Shown here piece after piece: positions 43,591 to 54,717 of a stretch of DNA of 64,000 nucleotides (the stretch's first letter is position 1; every line of letters starts with the position of its first letter). The position numbers and the translations under genes were made by a program. The notes below the pieces were generated by a model, which was not told the origin of the DNA, did no database searches, and saw only the letters and a list, made by a program, of their open reading frames with translations. The DNA comes from an uncultured Mycoplasmatota bacterium (GTDB taxonomy: Bacteria; Bacillota_I; Bacilli_A; RF39; UBA660), in contig UQRY01000001.1 of assembly GCA_900543675.1 (NCBI GenBank), positions 2,002 to 66,001 on the forward strand, written 5' to 3'.

Positions 43591-43783
43591 AATCCCTATC
43601 CCTCCTTTCCAGGCTAAGCATAAACAAAAGAAAGCCAAATGACAAATGAGTCAAAAGGAAAAACTAAATTAAAAGGAAGAAGAAAAAAATAAAATAAAAA
43701 CCTAATTTTTAAAATTAAGCACAAAAAAAAGAAAGAATAATAAGTTTACTAGATAAGTAAATTTTTTCATCTTCCTTGAAATT

Positions 43784-44203
43784 CTACATTTTTTGTAATA
43801 CTTTACGCAATGATTCGAACGGTAAATAAGCACAGCGTTTCCGATTTGGTTGCTTACCAATATCTTCATAAACAATAAGTTCACCCAACTTAGTGGCGTC
43901 ATATTCTTCACCAGCAAGCATTTTCTCATAATTGGTCAAAATATCTAAAACTTCATTTTTCGTTTTCCCAATAAACGTCTTAATCATCAAACTAGCCGCA
44001 CTCGTACTAACCGCACAAGCCTCTCCATCAAAACGAATATCCGAAATAACTCCATCCTTAATCTGATATTGAATATCTAAATTATCAATACAACTTTCAT
44101 TATTCGTATTAAACAAAAGATAATCCTCTTCTTGAACTAATCCTCGATGATAAGGATTTTGGTAATTCTCTAACATAATATTTCTACGACTTAAAGCATC
44201 CAT
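43784..44203 (-). CDS. sufU: SUF Fe-S cluster assembly scaffold SufU (NifU/IscU-like)
   Basis: NYQNPYHRG start and GEACAVSTSAASLM (cf. GEGCSISMASASMM), with the conserved C...D...C...C pattern; directly downstream of sufS. Confidence 0.7.
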   Translation of the reverse strand: MDALSRRNIMLENYQNPYHRGLVQEEDYLLFNTNNESCIDNLDIQYQIKDGVISDIRFDGEACAVSTSAASLMIKTFIGKTKNEVLDILTNYEKMLAGEEYDATKLGELIVYEDIGKQPNRKRCAYLPFESLRKVLQKM

Positions 44204-44218
44204 AAGTACCACCCTTTT

Positions 44219-45412
44219 CTACAACACAATTCTAAAAATATCTTTACTCTGTTTTAAGACTCGAATCACTTCATCGATCTCTTCTTTTGTATTATAAAAA
44301 TAAAGACTAGCTCGACAAGTATTCTTTACTTGTAAATCTTCTTTTAAAATCTTCGCACAATGATTTCCTGCCCGAACACAAATATGATAATGATTCAAAT
44401 AGATGGCAGTATCTTGACTAAAAACATCATCAACATTAAACGCAACAATGCTACCACCCACATCTTTATTATATACCGTAACATTATCAATCGTCGCTAA
44501 TTGAGATAAGAAATATTTTTTTAATGAACACTCATACTGATAAATATTTTCCATCCCAATACTCATCAAATAATCAAGAGCAGCTCCAAAACCAATTACT
44601 CCCGCAATATTAGGCGTACCTGCTTCTAATCTAGAAGGTAAACTTTTATACTCCCAAGAACCTTCACTACTAAACGTAGCATTCATGCCGCCACCAACGA
44701 TTGTGGGATGTAACTCTTCTAATAACTCTTCCTTCCCATAGAGAACACCAACTCCAGTTGGACCTAACATTTTATGTGCGGAGAAAGCCAAGAAATCAAG
44801 ATGAAGATCTTCTACATCAACTGGGCGATGTGGAACACTCTGTGCACCATCTACAACAAAATAAATTCCCTTTTCTTGACATAATGCACCAATTTCTCGA
44901 ATAGGTCGCTCATCCCCTAAAACATTAGTCACATGAGCAAGGGAAATGACTTTTGTCTTATCCGCAATACTTTCTAAAACATGTTCTAATACAACTTGAT
45001 GATTTTCTAAAGGAATGTACTTAACTACAATACCAATCTCTTTTTCTAATTCCAACCAAGGTAAAATATTAGAAGCATGTTCTGCTTTCGTTAATAACAC
45101 TTCATCTCCTGCTTTTAAATGAGTTTTCATAAATCCAAAAACAATACGATTTAAAGAATCCGTTGTTCCAGAAGTAAACACAATCTCTTTACTACTTTTT
45201 GCATGAATAAAATCTCGAACTTTATCTCTTACTCCCTCATATAACATATCTACCTTTAAACTATTATCGTAATCTCCTCGATGAGCATTCGCCGTATATT
45301 TTGTATAATAATCCACAGTCGCATCCACAACGCATTTAGGCTTTAAAGTTGTCGCCCCATTATCTAAATAAATAATCCCAGTATTTAAAATTTCAAAATC
45401 TTCTCGATGCAT
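44219..45412 (-). CDS. sufS: Cysteine desulfurase SufS (class V aminotransferase)
   Basis: 397 aa; PLP lysine motif SAHKMLGPTGVGVLYGK; C-terminal active Cys region HHCA (RAGNHCA). Confidence 0.8.
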   Translation of the reverse strand: MHREDFEILNTGIIYLDNGATTLKPKCVVDATVDYYTKYTANAHRGDYDNSLKVDMLYEGVRDKVRDFIHAKSSKEIVFTSGTTDSLNRIVFGFMKTHLKAGDEVLLTKAEHASNILPWLELEKEIGIVVKYIPLENHQVVLEHVLESIADKTKVISLAHVTNVLGDERPIREIGALCQEKGIYFVVDGAQSVPHRPVDVEDLHLDFLAFSAHKMLGPTGVGVLYGKEELLEELHPTIVGGGMNATFSSEGSWEYKSLPSRLEAGTPNIAGVIGFGAALDYLMSIGMENIYQYECSLKKYFLSQLATIDNVTVYNKDVGGSIVAFNVDDVFSQDTAIYLNHYHICVRAGNHCAKILKEDLQVKNTCRASLYFYNTKEEIDEVIRVLKQSKDIFRIVL

Positions 45413-45595
45413 AATATCCTCCTTTATCCTTCTTAACTTTATCTATAATATCTTATGATAATAACCACAAATCACCCACATCATTTACCCAAAAATTCAT
45501 TTCTACTTAATATTATACTAAAAATCAGACAGACAGAAAAGAAAATGTATAAATCTTCTCCTACTACACAAGCTATAAAACGAGGAGGAAAGAAA

Positions 45596-45808
45596 ATGAA
45601 TCAAGTACCACAAATGATCTCCACTAAAGATCTTGCCTATTTAAAAGATATTTTCGAGTGGAATCTTACGACTTCTAAAAAAGCCTACCACTACTATGAA
45701 ACAACAACCGATGGACAATTAAAAATCGCATTTGAACAGGTCTATCAAATGCATAAAACAATCTGTAATACCATTTTAACTATTTTAAAAGAAGGTGAAT
45801 CTCTATGA
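45596..45808 (+). CDS. Small hypothetical protein co-transcribed with cotF-like gene (possible coat-associated)
   Basis: 70 aa from the ATG with RBS GAGGAGGAAAG; its stop overlaps the next start (ATGA). Confidence 0.3.
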   Translation: MNQVPQMISTKDLAYLKDIFEWNLTTSKKAYHYYETTTDGQLKIAFEQVYQMHKTICNTILTILKEGESL

Positions 45809-46122
45809 ATAATCAAAAAGTACAAAATCCAAAAACAGAAACACCAAAAACAATCGAGTTAAACGATAAAGATATGATTACGGATTTACTAGCTACCGAA
45901 AAAAATATGAATGTTAATTTTGCGATTGCGTTAAATGAAGCTAGTAACGAAATTTTATGCCAAAAGTTAATGGAATGCGCAAATCAAATTCGAAATGCCC
46001 AAAGAAGTCTTTATGAATTATCGTTTGCGAAAGGATGGTACACACTAGAAAAAGCAGAAAAACAAAAAATCACAGAAGCATATACCGAACATCAAACTTG
46101 TATAACAGAATTGAGTGCTTAA
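45805..46122 (+). CDS. Spore coat protein F-like (Coat_F domain)
   Basis: LLATEKNMNVNFAIALNEASNEILCQKLMECANQIRNAQRSLYELSFAKGWY matches the CotF/YraF family. Confidence 0.6.
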   Translation: MNNQKVQNPKTETPKTIELNDKDMITDLLATEKNMNVNFAIALNEASNEILCQKLMECANQIRNAQRSLYELSFAKGWYTLEKAEKQKITEAYTEHQTCITELSA

Positions 46123-46263
46123 TGTGAATAAATCCTATTCAAAACGATCTTAATATTAATGAATACTCGCTGTATTCACAAAAATGCTTTTCGCATTTTT
46201 TCTTTTTGTCTAATTTACTTCAACTAAAGTTTCTGATAGAATACAAGTAGGAAGGTGAAAAAA

Positions 46264-46656
46264 ATGGATTGTTTATTTTGTAAAATTATTAAAGGAGAAA
46301 TACCAAGTTTTACGATCTATGAAGATGAACAAGTAAAAGTATTTTTAGATATTAATCCAAATACAAACGGACACGCACTAATCGTACCCAAAAAACATAT
46401 TGTAACCATAAATGATGTTGATGAGGAATTAGCCAAACACATCGTTAAAGTAGAAAAAATTATCTATCACAAACTAAAAGAAAAACTTCATATCGAAGGA
46501 TTAACTATCTGTCAAAACAATGAATTAGGACAAGATATCAAACATTATCATGTTCACATGATTCCAAGATACCAGGATGACAATTGGAAGATGCAATTTA
46601 ATCAAGAAAGTTTAAAAGAACCTGAAGAAGTATTTAAACAAATCACTACAAAATAA
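46264..46656 (+). CDS. HIT family (histidine triad) nucleotide hydrolase
   Basis: MDCLFCKIIKGEIPS... and histidine triad HYHVHMIP. Confidence 0.75.
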   Translation: MDCLFCKIIKGEIPSFTIYEDEQVKVFLDINPNTNGHALIVPKKHIVTINDVDEELAKHIVKVEKIIYHKLKEKLHIEGLTICQNNELGQDIKHYHVHMIPRYQDDNWKMQFNQESLKEPEEVFKQITTK

Positions 46657-46809
46657 AAAACCAAAAAGGGCAATTTTTTGTCTTTTTTTATTATCTAAAC
46701 TCCACTATCACTACCATTAAGTACTCACAAAACAAATAATATTTCAAACAAAAAAGAGTTGCTGAAAAATAGCAAAGCTATAAACTAGACAACAACTCTT
46801 CTTATCCTA

Positions 46810-46935
46810 TTAGCAAGATCGCCAAGCACCTAAAATGATAGCTAATAAAATATATAAAACGATGATAATAACATAACCACTACCACCAGTAGTAGGTACT
46901 TGAGTATTGCATGTATTTTCATGATTGCAAGCCAT
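46810..46935 (-). CDS. YjcZ-like sporulation micro-protein (41 aa)
   Basis: Not in the ORF track. rc encodes MACNHENTCNTQVPTTGGSGYVIIIVLYILLAIILGAWRSC with GGAGG RBS; the GG..VLYILLAIILGA core matches the YjcZ family. Confidence 0.45.
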   Translation of the reverse strand: MACNHENTCNTQVPTTGGSGYVIIIVLYILLAIILGAWRSC

Positions 46936-46952
46936 TATAACACCTCCTTACA

Positions 46953-47033
46953 CTAAATCCATGCCCCAAGAATAATTACTAATAAAATAAATAAAACTAA
47001 TACGATAGCGGAACTTGATACGTAATTACCCAT
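46953..47033 (-). CDS. YjcZ-like sporulation micro-protein (26 aa), tandem paralog
   Basis: rc encodes MGNYVSSSAIVLVLFILLVIILGAWI with AGGAGGAA RBS; same hydrophobic core as its neighbour. Confidence 0.4.
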   Translation of the reverse strand: MGNYVSSSAIVLVLFILLVIILGAWI

Positions 47034-47177
47034 AACTTAATTCCTCCTTTTTTGATTACTCATAGTATTTTATGGAAATAGTAGAAAAAAGGTTCTAGAC
47101 GTTTAGGAAATTTAGATAAAATATTGTATTTTATATAGAGATTTGTTATGATAATAAATGTTGAGAAGGAGGACAAA

Positions 47178-48173
47178 ATGAAAAAAGTACTAATTAGTAT
47201 ATCAACTATGGTAGTTGTATTAGTCCTAGTAACAGGTTGTGGAAAAGTACCAAAACTAGAAAATGGACAAGATGCCGTTGTAACACTAGAAGGTAACGAT
47301 ATTTCGATTGATAATTTATATAATGAAGTTAAAGAAAGATATGCTTTAAGTGCACTAATCGATATGATCGATACTGAAATTTTAAATAAAGAATATGAAG
47401 ACACCGAAGAACAAGATGATGAGATTGAATCACAAATCAATTCATGGATTACACAATTCGGAAATGAACAAATCTTACTTCAACAAACATACAGTGCTTG
47501 GGGAATTAGTAGTATGGATGAACTTCGTGATTATCTAAAGCTACAATATAAAAGAAATCTCGCAGTAGAAGACTATGCGAAAGAAATTGTTACTGATGAT
47601 GAAATCAACAAATTTTACGACGAAAAAATATTTGGAGACATCACTGCTAAACATATTTTAATTAAACCTGAAGTAAATGATGATATGACGGATGAAGAAA
47701 AAACAGCTGCTGAAGAAGAAGCTTTAAAACAAGCCAAAGAGATCATCACAAAATTAAAAAATGGTGAAGATTTCGATGAACTTGCCAAAGAAAATTCTGA
47801 TGATGAAGCAACTGCAGCTGACGGCGGAGCACTAGATCCATTTACACACGGAAGTATGTCTGAAGAATTTGAAGAAGCTGCTAAAAATCTAGAAGTCGGA
47901 GCTTATACAACGGAACCAGTTAAAACTGAATATGGATACCATATTATTCTAAAAGTAAGTCAAAAAGATAAACCTGAATTAAAAACAGTAAAAGATGACA
48001 TCATCGAAGAAATCGCCAGTGATAAGACAACTGAAGATGCAACGCTTCAAATTACTGCTTTAGAAAAACTAAGAGAAGAATACAAAGTGGAAATCCAAGA
48101 TGATTCATTAAAAACACAATACGAAAACTACTTAATTAATGCTAAAGAACAAGCAAGTAGTAGTGCATCATAA
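47178..48173 (+). CDS. prsA: Foldase PrsA-like lipoprotein (parvulin-type peptidyl-prolyl isomerase)
   Basis: Lipobox LVTGCG; PpiC domain ...ITAKHILIKPE...GGALDPFTHGSMSEEFEEAA...GYHIILK; RBS GGAGG. Confidence 0.75.
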   Translation: MKKVLISISTMVVVLVLVTGCGKVPKLENGQDAVVTLEGNDISIDNLYNEVKERYALSALIDMIDTEILNKEYEDTEEQDDEIESQINSWITQFGNEQILLQQTYSAWGISSMDELRDYLKLQYKRNLAVEDYAKEIVTDDEINKFYDEKIFGDITAKHILIKPEVNDDMTDEEKTAAEEEALKQAKEIITKLKNGEDFDELAKENSDDEATAADGGALDPFTHGSMSEEFEEAAKNLEVGAYTTEPVKTEYGYHIILKVSQKDKPELKTVKDDIIEEIASDKTTEDATLQITALEKLREEYKVEIQDDSLKTQYENYLINAKEQASSSAS

Positions 48174-48332
48174 AATAAGTAATGCCAAATACATGGCATT
48201 CTTTTTTTGACAAAATTCACAAATTACAAATTGCAAAAAAGAATAGACAAAACACAAGTTTCATAGTATAATTTTATCGATTAGTTCTTGATCATGATTA
48301 AAAAAAAAACAAATTTAAAGAAAGGAGAAATA

Positions 48333-50054
48333 ATGAGAATAAACAAACCTGCAGAAACAAAAATTATTGTTTTGGGAGGTTTAGGAGAAGTAGGAAAAAA
48401 CATGTATTGTTTAATGCATGAAAATGAAATTATTATCATTGACGCGGGAATTAGTTTTCCAGAAGGAGAACTTTTAGGAATAGATTATGTTTTACCAGAT
48501 TATACTTTTTTAAAAGAGAATCAAGAAAAAATTAAAGCTTTGATTATTACGCACGGGCATGAAGACCATATTGGTGCGATTCCTTTTTTATTACAATCAA
48601 TCGAAATACCGGCAATTTATGCGCCTAATCAAGCGAAAGAATTAATTGCCTTAAAATTACAAGATCGAAATATTCGTTATGATCATTTATACGCTTATGA
48701 TGATCAAACCAAATTAAAATACAAATATTTTGAAATTGAATTCTTTAGAACGACCCATTCTATTCCTGATTCCCACGGAATCTACTTAAAAACCCCCAAT
48801 GGCACTGTCGTAACGACAGGTGACTTCAAATTTGACTTCACACCGATCGGACCAATGGCCGATCTTCATAAAATGGCTGAACTTGGAAAAAGAGGTGTCG
48901 ATCTACTTATTAGCGATTCCACAAATGCGTTAAATGAAGGAATATCCGCAAGTGAATCCAAAGTAGATAGTGCACTTACCGATATTTTTGATCAATATGC
49001 AAACAATCGAATTATTATTGCCACCTTTGCTTCTAACATCTACCGTCTAAAACACATTGTAGAAACATGTTATAAACATAATCGTAAAATTTGTGTATTT
49101 GGTAGAAGTATGGAAAACAATATTCAAATTTCCATAAATGGTGGATACATCGATCATAAAGAACTATTCATTAATGCAGATGAAGCTAATCATTTAAAAC
49201 CAAAAGAAGTAACTATTCTATGTACTGGTTCTCAAGGAGAACCATTAGCTGCCTTATCTCGTATAGCTGAGGGAACACATAAACAAATTTCCTTAAGACC
49301 AGATGACATCGTCGTATTTTCTTCTTCCCCTATTCCAGGAAATGCTTTAGCTATCTCAAGAACCATTAACAAATTATATTTAAAAGGAGTTAAAGTATTT
49401 ACGAATAGTACTTCAGATGCTGACTTACATACATCAGGGCATGCTAATGAAGAAGAATTAAAATTAATGATTCGCTTGTTTATGCCAAAGTATGTAATGC
49501 CTTTTCACGGGGATTACCGAATGTTAAAAAAGCATGCCAATATTGCGATTGAATGTGGAGTACCTAAAGAAAATACTTTTGTTATCGAAAATGGTGAAAT
49601 TCTAGAAATGAAAAACCATGTCATCACCAAATCGAAAGAACGAGTTCCAGGAGAAGACATTTACGTGGATGGAAATCGAATTGGTGAAATCGGTAGTGTC
49701 GTTATCCGTGATAGAAAGATCATGTCTAACGATGGTATTTTAGTAGTCATTGCCAATATCGATGTAGAAAAAAGAAAACTATTAATTAAACCAAATATTA
49801 CAACTCGTGGCTTTATCTTAGTCAATGAAAATGAAGAACTAATTAAAGAGATTGAAATTCTAAGTGAAAAAATAATTCTCGATCGTTTACAAAATAGTAA
49901 AGATACCACGAATGAGATAAAAGTAAAAATTATTAGTGAACTAATTACTTACATCGAAAAGAAAACAGGTAGACGACCAATTATCCTACCAGTTATTATT
50001 GATGTTAAAAAAAATGAAGTCAAAAATGAAACGAAAAAAGAGTGTTCAGTTTAA
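48333..50054 (+). CDS. rnj: Ribonuclease J (metallo-beta-lactamase / beta-CASP)
   Basis: MRINKPAETKIIVLGGLGEVGKNMY start; HxHxDH motif THGHEDHIG; ~574 aa. Confidence 0.85.
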   Translation: MRINKPAETKIIVLGGLGEVGKNMYCLMHENEIIIIDAGISFPEGELLGIDYVLPDYTFLKENQEKIKALIITHGHEDHIGAIPFLLQSIEIPAIYAPNQAKELIALKLQDRNIRYDHLYAYDDQTKLKYKYFEIEFFRTTHSIPDSHGIYLKTPNGTVVTTGDFKFDFTPIGPMADLHKMAELGKRGVDLLISDSTNALNEGISASESKVDSALTDIFDQYANNRIIIATFASNIYRLKHIVETCYKHNRKICVFGRSMENNIQISINGGYIDHKELFINADEANHLKPKEVTILCTGSQGEPLAALSRIAEGTHKQISLRPDDIVVFSSSPIPGNALAISRTINKLYLKGVKVFTNSTSDADLHTSGHANEEELKLMIRLFMPKYVMPFHGDYRMLKKHANIAIECGVPKENTFVIENGEILEMKNHVITKSKERVPGEDIYVDGNRIGEIGSVVIRDRKIMSNDGILVVIANIDVEKRKLLIKPNITTRGFILVNENEELIKEIEILSEKIILDRLQNSKDTTNEIKVKIISELITYIEKKTGRRPIILPVIIDVKKNEVKNETKKECSV

Positions 50055-50062
50055 CACTCTTT

Positions 50063-51007
50063 TTATTTTAACATCGTTTCTACTTCTGTCGTGGAATTAG
50101 GCGTTACTTTTTCCTGACTCCATTCGCTCCACTCGCTCCATATCGTCTCTTTACAAACGTTGTAACAAGTTTGACAACACTGTCCTTGATCATTCATCGT
50201 ATACCCACTTGGGCAAACACCAGTACTAGAAGTAATACACTTACATAAATATGGATCACATTGAACTGTTTTAAAAGTAGCAGTTCGGTAACGATAATAC
50301 GTTCTACCAACAATATCTTGAACAATAATGTTTCTTGATTTTTCTGTAAAGTTACCTGCTTTATCAAAGACAGAATAAACAAGCGTATATTGTCCTTCTT
50401 TTGAAGTATCAATCGTATCAGGAGTAACCGTATAATCACTATTTAATCCAGAAAGATTATCTGATGCCTGGACACCATTACGAACAGAAAAATTTGATCC
50501 CATTTGAACAGTAGTCGATGATTCAAAATCAATCGTTGGAGGCTCTTTATCAATATTAGAAACCGAAATCACATTTTCCTTGCTCTCACGTCCATTGATA
50601 TCTTTAACCTTAACCAAAAAAGTACCATTACGATTAACTGTCAATTGATTACTTTCTTGCCATCTTCCTTCATACAAATCAATACCTTCTACTCCTTCTT
50701 CACCATCTTGTAACTGACAATCTGTACATTCAAAATAATAAGAAGAAACTTTACTATCATCTGTCTCAACGGTTAAAACAACTTCCTTACTCGTCCAATC
50801 TTCAGTAGATAAAACTACATTAGGAAAATCAATTAAAGGACGACTGTCTAAATAAAAATATAACCCGACACCTAAACCTATAATACCTAGACAACAAACA
50901 CCGATAACGATATATAGAATTTGTTTTTGTTTTTTATTAGAAACTCGCTTTAAAATTTGCTCGTCATTATACATAAAATCACGCTCCGTATAGGATAAAT
51001 ATATCAC
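50063..51007 (-). CDS. Membrane-anchored protein with Ig-like (DUF5011-like) domain and Cys-rich C-terminus
   Basis: N-terminal TM (ILYIVIGVCCLGIIGLGVGLYFY); Ig-like segment PPTIDFESSTTVQMG...YTLVYSVFDKAGN; 10 Cys in the last 60 aa, followed by WSEWSEWS. Confidence 0.45.
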   Translation of the reverse strand: MIYLSYTERDFMYNDEQILKRVSNKKQKQILYIVIGVCCLGIIGLGVGLYFYLDSRPLIDFPNVVLSTEDWTSKEVVLTVETDDSKVSSYYFECTDCQLQDGEEGVEGIDLYEGRWQESNQLTVNRNGTFLVKVKDINGRESKENVISVSNIDKEPPTIDFESSTTVQMGSNFSVRNGVQASDNLSGLNSDYTVTPDTIDTSKEGQYTLVYSVFDKAGNFTEKSRNIIVQDIVGRTYYRYRTATFKTVQCDPYLCKCITSSTGVCPSGYTMNDQGQCCQTCYNVCKETIWSEWSEWSQEKVTPNSTTEVETMLK

Positions 51008-51039
51008 AGAATAGAAAAAAAGTATAGAAAAAGAAGAGA

Positions 51040-52599
51040 CTACCTTGCCTCTTCTTGAGCTCGAACTTCTCGAATAACTGTAACCTTAATCGTACCAGGA
51101 TACTGCATCGTACTTTCGATTCTTTCTTTGATATCTCGTGCTACACGATGAGCAGTTAAATCATCAACTTCTTCTGGTTTTACCGCAACTCTAAGTTCAC
51201 GTCCAGCTTGAACTGCATACGTTTTTTCAACACCAGGAATATCGTTACCGATTTTCTCCAATTGTTCTAAACGTTTAATATAGTTTTCTAAAGAATCATT
51301 TCTAGCTCCTGGACGAGATGCCGATAAACTATCTGCAATCGCAACAATTACGGAAATAATAGACGTTGGTTCTGTATCACCATGATGAGAAGCGATCGCA
51401 TTCACAACAATGGAATTCTCGTGGAATTTCTTAGCTAAATCAACACCGATTTCTACATGACTACCTTCTACTTCATGATCGATGGCTTTACCAATATCAT
51501 GTAATAAACCAGCTCGTTTAGCCAAAGTCACATTTTCTCCCAACTCTCCCGCTAAAACTCCTGATAAATGAGCAACTTCGATCGAATGCTGTAAAGCATT
51601 TTGTCCATAACTTGTTCTAAATTCTAGCTTTCCAAGGATCTCTACTAACTCTGGATCCATTTTGGTAATCCCAAGTTCAAATAAAGCATTATTTCCATAT
51701 TCAATAATCTTATTACGCATATCTTTGCATACTTTGTCGTATAACTCTTCAATCCTAGTTGGATGAATTCTACCATCTTTTAATAATGTCTCTAAAGTAA
51801 CACGGGCAATTTCTCTTCTTAGTGGATCAAAACTAGATAACACGACAGCTTCAGGCGTATCATCGATAATTAGATCTACTCCAGTAATTGCTTCAATCGT
51901 TCGAATATTTCTTCCTTCGCGACCAATAATACGACCCTTTAAGTCATCATTCGGTAAGTTAACTACCGTTACTGTCTGTTCATTAGCTACATCTGATGCA
52001 AATTTCTGCATTGAACTAACTAACATTTCTTTTGCTTTACGATCAACTTCTAACTTTGCTTCATTCTCTGACTCTTTGATATAGGCCGTAATTTCTTTCG
52101 TCATCGCTTCACGAACTTTAGCCATTACCATTTCGCTAGCCTTATCTTTACTAATTCCTGATATCTCGTGTAACAAATCTAGTTGTTGTTGTTTTATTTC
52201 TTCCACTTTCACCTGTTCGTCTTGGATTTCTTTTTGTTTATCAAACAACTTGTTTTCACGTTCGTCTAAAGTAGACTCCCTCTTTTGATAAAGTTCGTCT
52301 CTTTTATCCATATTTTTTTCACGCTGAATCAAGCGTTCTTCCGAATCTTTTAACTCCGCTTTCTTCTCTTTCAACTCTTTTTCATAATCCAATTTTAATT
52401 TATGAATTTCTTCTTTCGTCTCTAAGATAGATTCACGTTTAGCTTTCTCTGCTTCTTTTTTTGCTTTTGTAAGTAATTCTTCTATCCGTTTAGAAGTATT
52501 ATTTTCTCGAAAATAATTAACAATTACACATAAAATAAACCCTAAAATTAATCCAACAACCATAGGTAAAATGGAGAGTATTATTGGGTCCATGACCAC
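51040..52599 (-). CDS. rny: Ribonuclease Y (N-terminal TM, KH and HD domains)
   Basis: 519 aa; KH motif [13 protein letters not shown]; HD domain LLHDIGKA; conserved position downstream of recA. Confidence 0.9.
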   Translation of the reverse strand: MVMDPIILSILPMVVGLILGFILCVIVNYFRENNTSKRIEELLTKAKKEAEKAKRESILETKEEIHKLKLDYEKELKEKKAELKDSEERLIQREKNMDKRDELYQKRESTLDERENKLFDKQKEIQDEQVKVEEIKQQQLDLLHEISGISKDKASEMVMAKVREAMTKEITAYIKESENEAKLEVDRKAKEMLVSSMQKFASDVANEQTVTVVNLPNDDLKGRIIGREGRNIRTIEAITGVDLIIDDTPEAVVLSSFDPLRREIARVTLETLLKDGRIHPTRIEELYDKVCKDMRNKIIEYGNNALFELGITKMDPELVEILGKLEFRTSYGQNALQHSIEVAHLSGVLAGELGENVTLAKRAGLLHDIGKAIDHEVEGSHVEIGVDLAKKFHENSIVVNAIASHHGDTEPTSIISVIVAIADSLSASRPGARNDSLENYIKRLEQLEKIGNDIPGVEKTYAVQAGRELRVAVKPEEVDDLTAHRVARDIKERIESTMQYPGTIKVTVIREVRAQEEAR

Positions 52600-52741
52600 A
52601 CCTCCATTTCTGTATGTACAATTTATAAAATCATAACATCTATCTCTATTGTAAAATTAATAGAAAAATAAGTCAAGAATTTATCCGAGCTAGTTCAAGA
52701 TTTTAAAAATTGTTCTTATAAAAGGGAAAGAAAAAAGAAAA

Positions 52742-52773
52742 AAGAATATTTTAAATATAATATTCTTTTTTTG
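52742..52773 (-). terminator. Putative intrinsic terminator downstream of recA (AT-only stem)
   Basis: AAGAATATT...AATATTCTT 9-bp stem; on the minus strand it is followed by UUUUUCUUUUUUCUUU. Weak A/T-only stem, so low confidence. Confidence 0.3.
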
Positions 52774-52967
52774 ACTACTTATCTCAAAAGTTTATCTTCG
52801 TAGTTAAGGGCAAATACTTTACACTAATAAACTAAGAATATTGACAGCTTAAAAAGACAGATTAGATGTCAAATATTGTCGAATACTAATATAAGTCTAT
52901 ACTTAAAAATCAAGGACCAACCATGAATATATTCCTTTAAAATAAAGAAAAAACAGTTAGCTATTTT

Positions 52968-53984
52968 CTAACCATTTTTCTTTTCTGACTGACTAATTCC
53001 ATAATATTCACGAATTTGTTTTTCAATATCATCAGCAATGTTCGTATGCTCTTTTAAAAATAACTTGACATTTTCTTTACCTTGGCCCAACTTTTCCCCA
53101 TGATAAGCATACCAAGCACCACTTTTTTCTAATATATTCGCATCTGTCGCTAAATCGATCAATTCTCCTTCATGAGAAACACCTTCGCCATACATGATAT
53201 CCACAACTGCACTTTTAAATGGTGGTGCAACTTTGTTTTTCACTACTTTAACTGTAGTTCGATTACCAACAATACCATCGCCTATTTTTAACGCTTCATT
53301 ACGACGAACTTCCAAACGAATAGAGGCATAGAATTTTAAAGCTCTACCACCTGGTGTTGTCTCCGGATTACCAAACATAACCCCAACTTTTTCTCGTAAT
53401 TGATTGATAAATATAGCGGTTGTTTTGGTCTTACTGATCGTACCAGAAAGTTTACGAAGAGCCTGACTCATTAGTCTTGCTTGTAAACCCACATGAGAAT
53501 CTCCCATGTCCCCATCAATCTCTGCCTGAGGCACTAGCGCAGCAACAGAATCAATGACAACAATATTCACTGCCTCACTTCGTACTAACGCTTCACAAAT
53601 CTCCAAAGCTTGTTCTCCCGTATCCGGCTGAGCAAGTAACAACTCATTGATATCTACACCTAAGTTCTTAGCATAAACAGGATCTAAAGCATGTTCAGCA
53701 TCGATAAAAGCCGCTCTTCCACCCCGTTTTTGAACTTGGGCAATCGCATGTAAGGCAAATGTTGTTTTACCACTAGATTCGGGACCATAAATTTCAATAA
53801 TTCTTCCCTTAGGATATCCACCTACCCCCAAAGCAATATCTAAAGTCAAACTACCGCTTGGAGTTACATCTAATTCCATATGCTTGTTTTCCCCAAGGCG
53901 CATAATGGAACCCTTACCAAATTGTTTCTCAATATCACTTAGAACTTTCTCTAATGCAATATCTTTAGCATCATTTTTACTCAT
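52968..53984 (-). CDS. recA: Recombinase RecA
   Basis: 338 aa; Walker [10 protein letters not shown] and the highly conserved [11 protein letters not shown]...; near full-length colinearity. Confidence 0.95.
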   Translation of the reverse strand: MSKNDAKDIALEKVLSDIEKQFGKGSIMRLGENKHMELDVTPSGSLTLDIALGVGGYPKGRIIEIYGPESSGKTTFALHAIAQVQKRGGRAAFIDAEHALDPVYAKNLGVDINELLLAQPDTGEQALEICEALVRSEAVNIVVIDSVAALVPQAEIDGDMGDSHVGLQARLMSQALRKLSGTISKTKTTAIFINQLREKVGVMFGNPETTPGGRALKFYASIRLEVRRNEALKIGDGIVGNRTTVKVVKNKVAPPFKSAVVDIMYGEGVSHEGELIDLATDANILEKSGAWYAYHGEKLGQGKENVKLFLKEHTNIADDIEKQIREYYGISQSEKKNG

Positions 53985-54129
53985 AAAACCCTCCTATGTT
54001 TGGCATATATACACATCATATCGCATTTTTTGAAAAAAAGCAATACTTTTATCAAACAAATGTTTTATATTGAAAAAGTAAACAAAAAAAGAGAAATTGA
54101 ACTAACCAATTTCCCTTTTTCTTCCCTTT

Positions 54130-54717
54130 TTACTTTTCAAATATAATTTTCTTATTTAATGAATAATACTGTACCATTGAAATCAATGACATTAACGTTG
54201 CAAAATAGATTAAGAATAAATCTACTCTAATATTAATTAACTCAAATGGCATATTACTAAAGAATAATAATACCATACCTGTCATTAAACTAGCTGTTTT
54301 AATTTTTCCAGATTTAATAGCAGCCACTACTTTTCCTTTAGATGCAGCTTCCATCTTGATCGTATTAACGACAATATCACGTGCAACAACGATAACAGGT
54401 ACAATTGGACTAATTAATCCTTCAGCAGAAAAAATAATTAAAACAGGATTAACTAACATCTTATCCGCAATGGCGTCTAACATTTTACCAGTATCGGTTA
54501 CTTGATTATTCCGTCTAGCAAGATAACCATCTAAAAAATCAGTAAAGCTAGCAATTAAGAAAATTACTCCGGCAATAATATAGCGTAAATCCATATCAAT
54601 TGTCGTACGAATGACTGGAATGGAAATACCGACCGCTTCAAATGGAAACATCAATAGTACCATAACAACAATAGCCAATATAATTCTAAGTACGGTCAAC
54701 TTTGTAGGTAAATTCAT
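54130..54717 (-). CDS. pgsA: CDP-diacylglycerol--glycerol-3-phosphate 3-phosphatidyltransferase
   Basis: CDP-alcohol phosphatidyltransferase motif DFLDGYLARR...G...DAIADKM; 195-aa membrane protein; conserved position next to rodZ-like and recA. Confidence 0.85.
   Translation of the reverse strand: MNLPTKLTVLRIILAIVVMVLLMFPFEAVGISIPVIRTTIDMDLRYIIAGVIFLIASFTDFLDGYLARRNNQVTDTGKMLDAIADKMLVNPVLIIFSAEGLISPIVPVIVVARDIVVNTIKMEAASKGKVVAAIKSGKIKTASLMTGMVLLFFSNMPFELINIRVDLFLIYFATLMSLISMVQYYSLNKKIIFEK

Noticed and set aside
52742-52773. AT-only hairpin read as a plus-strand terminator
   Set aside because: No plus-strand gene ends nearby. On the minus strand it is followed by a long U-tract and fits as a (weak) recA terminator instead.
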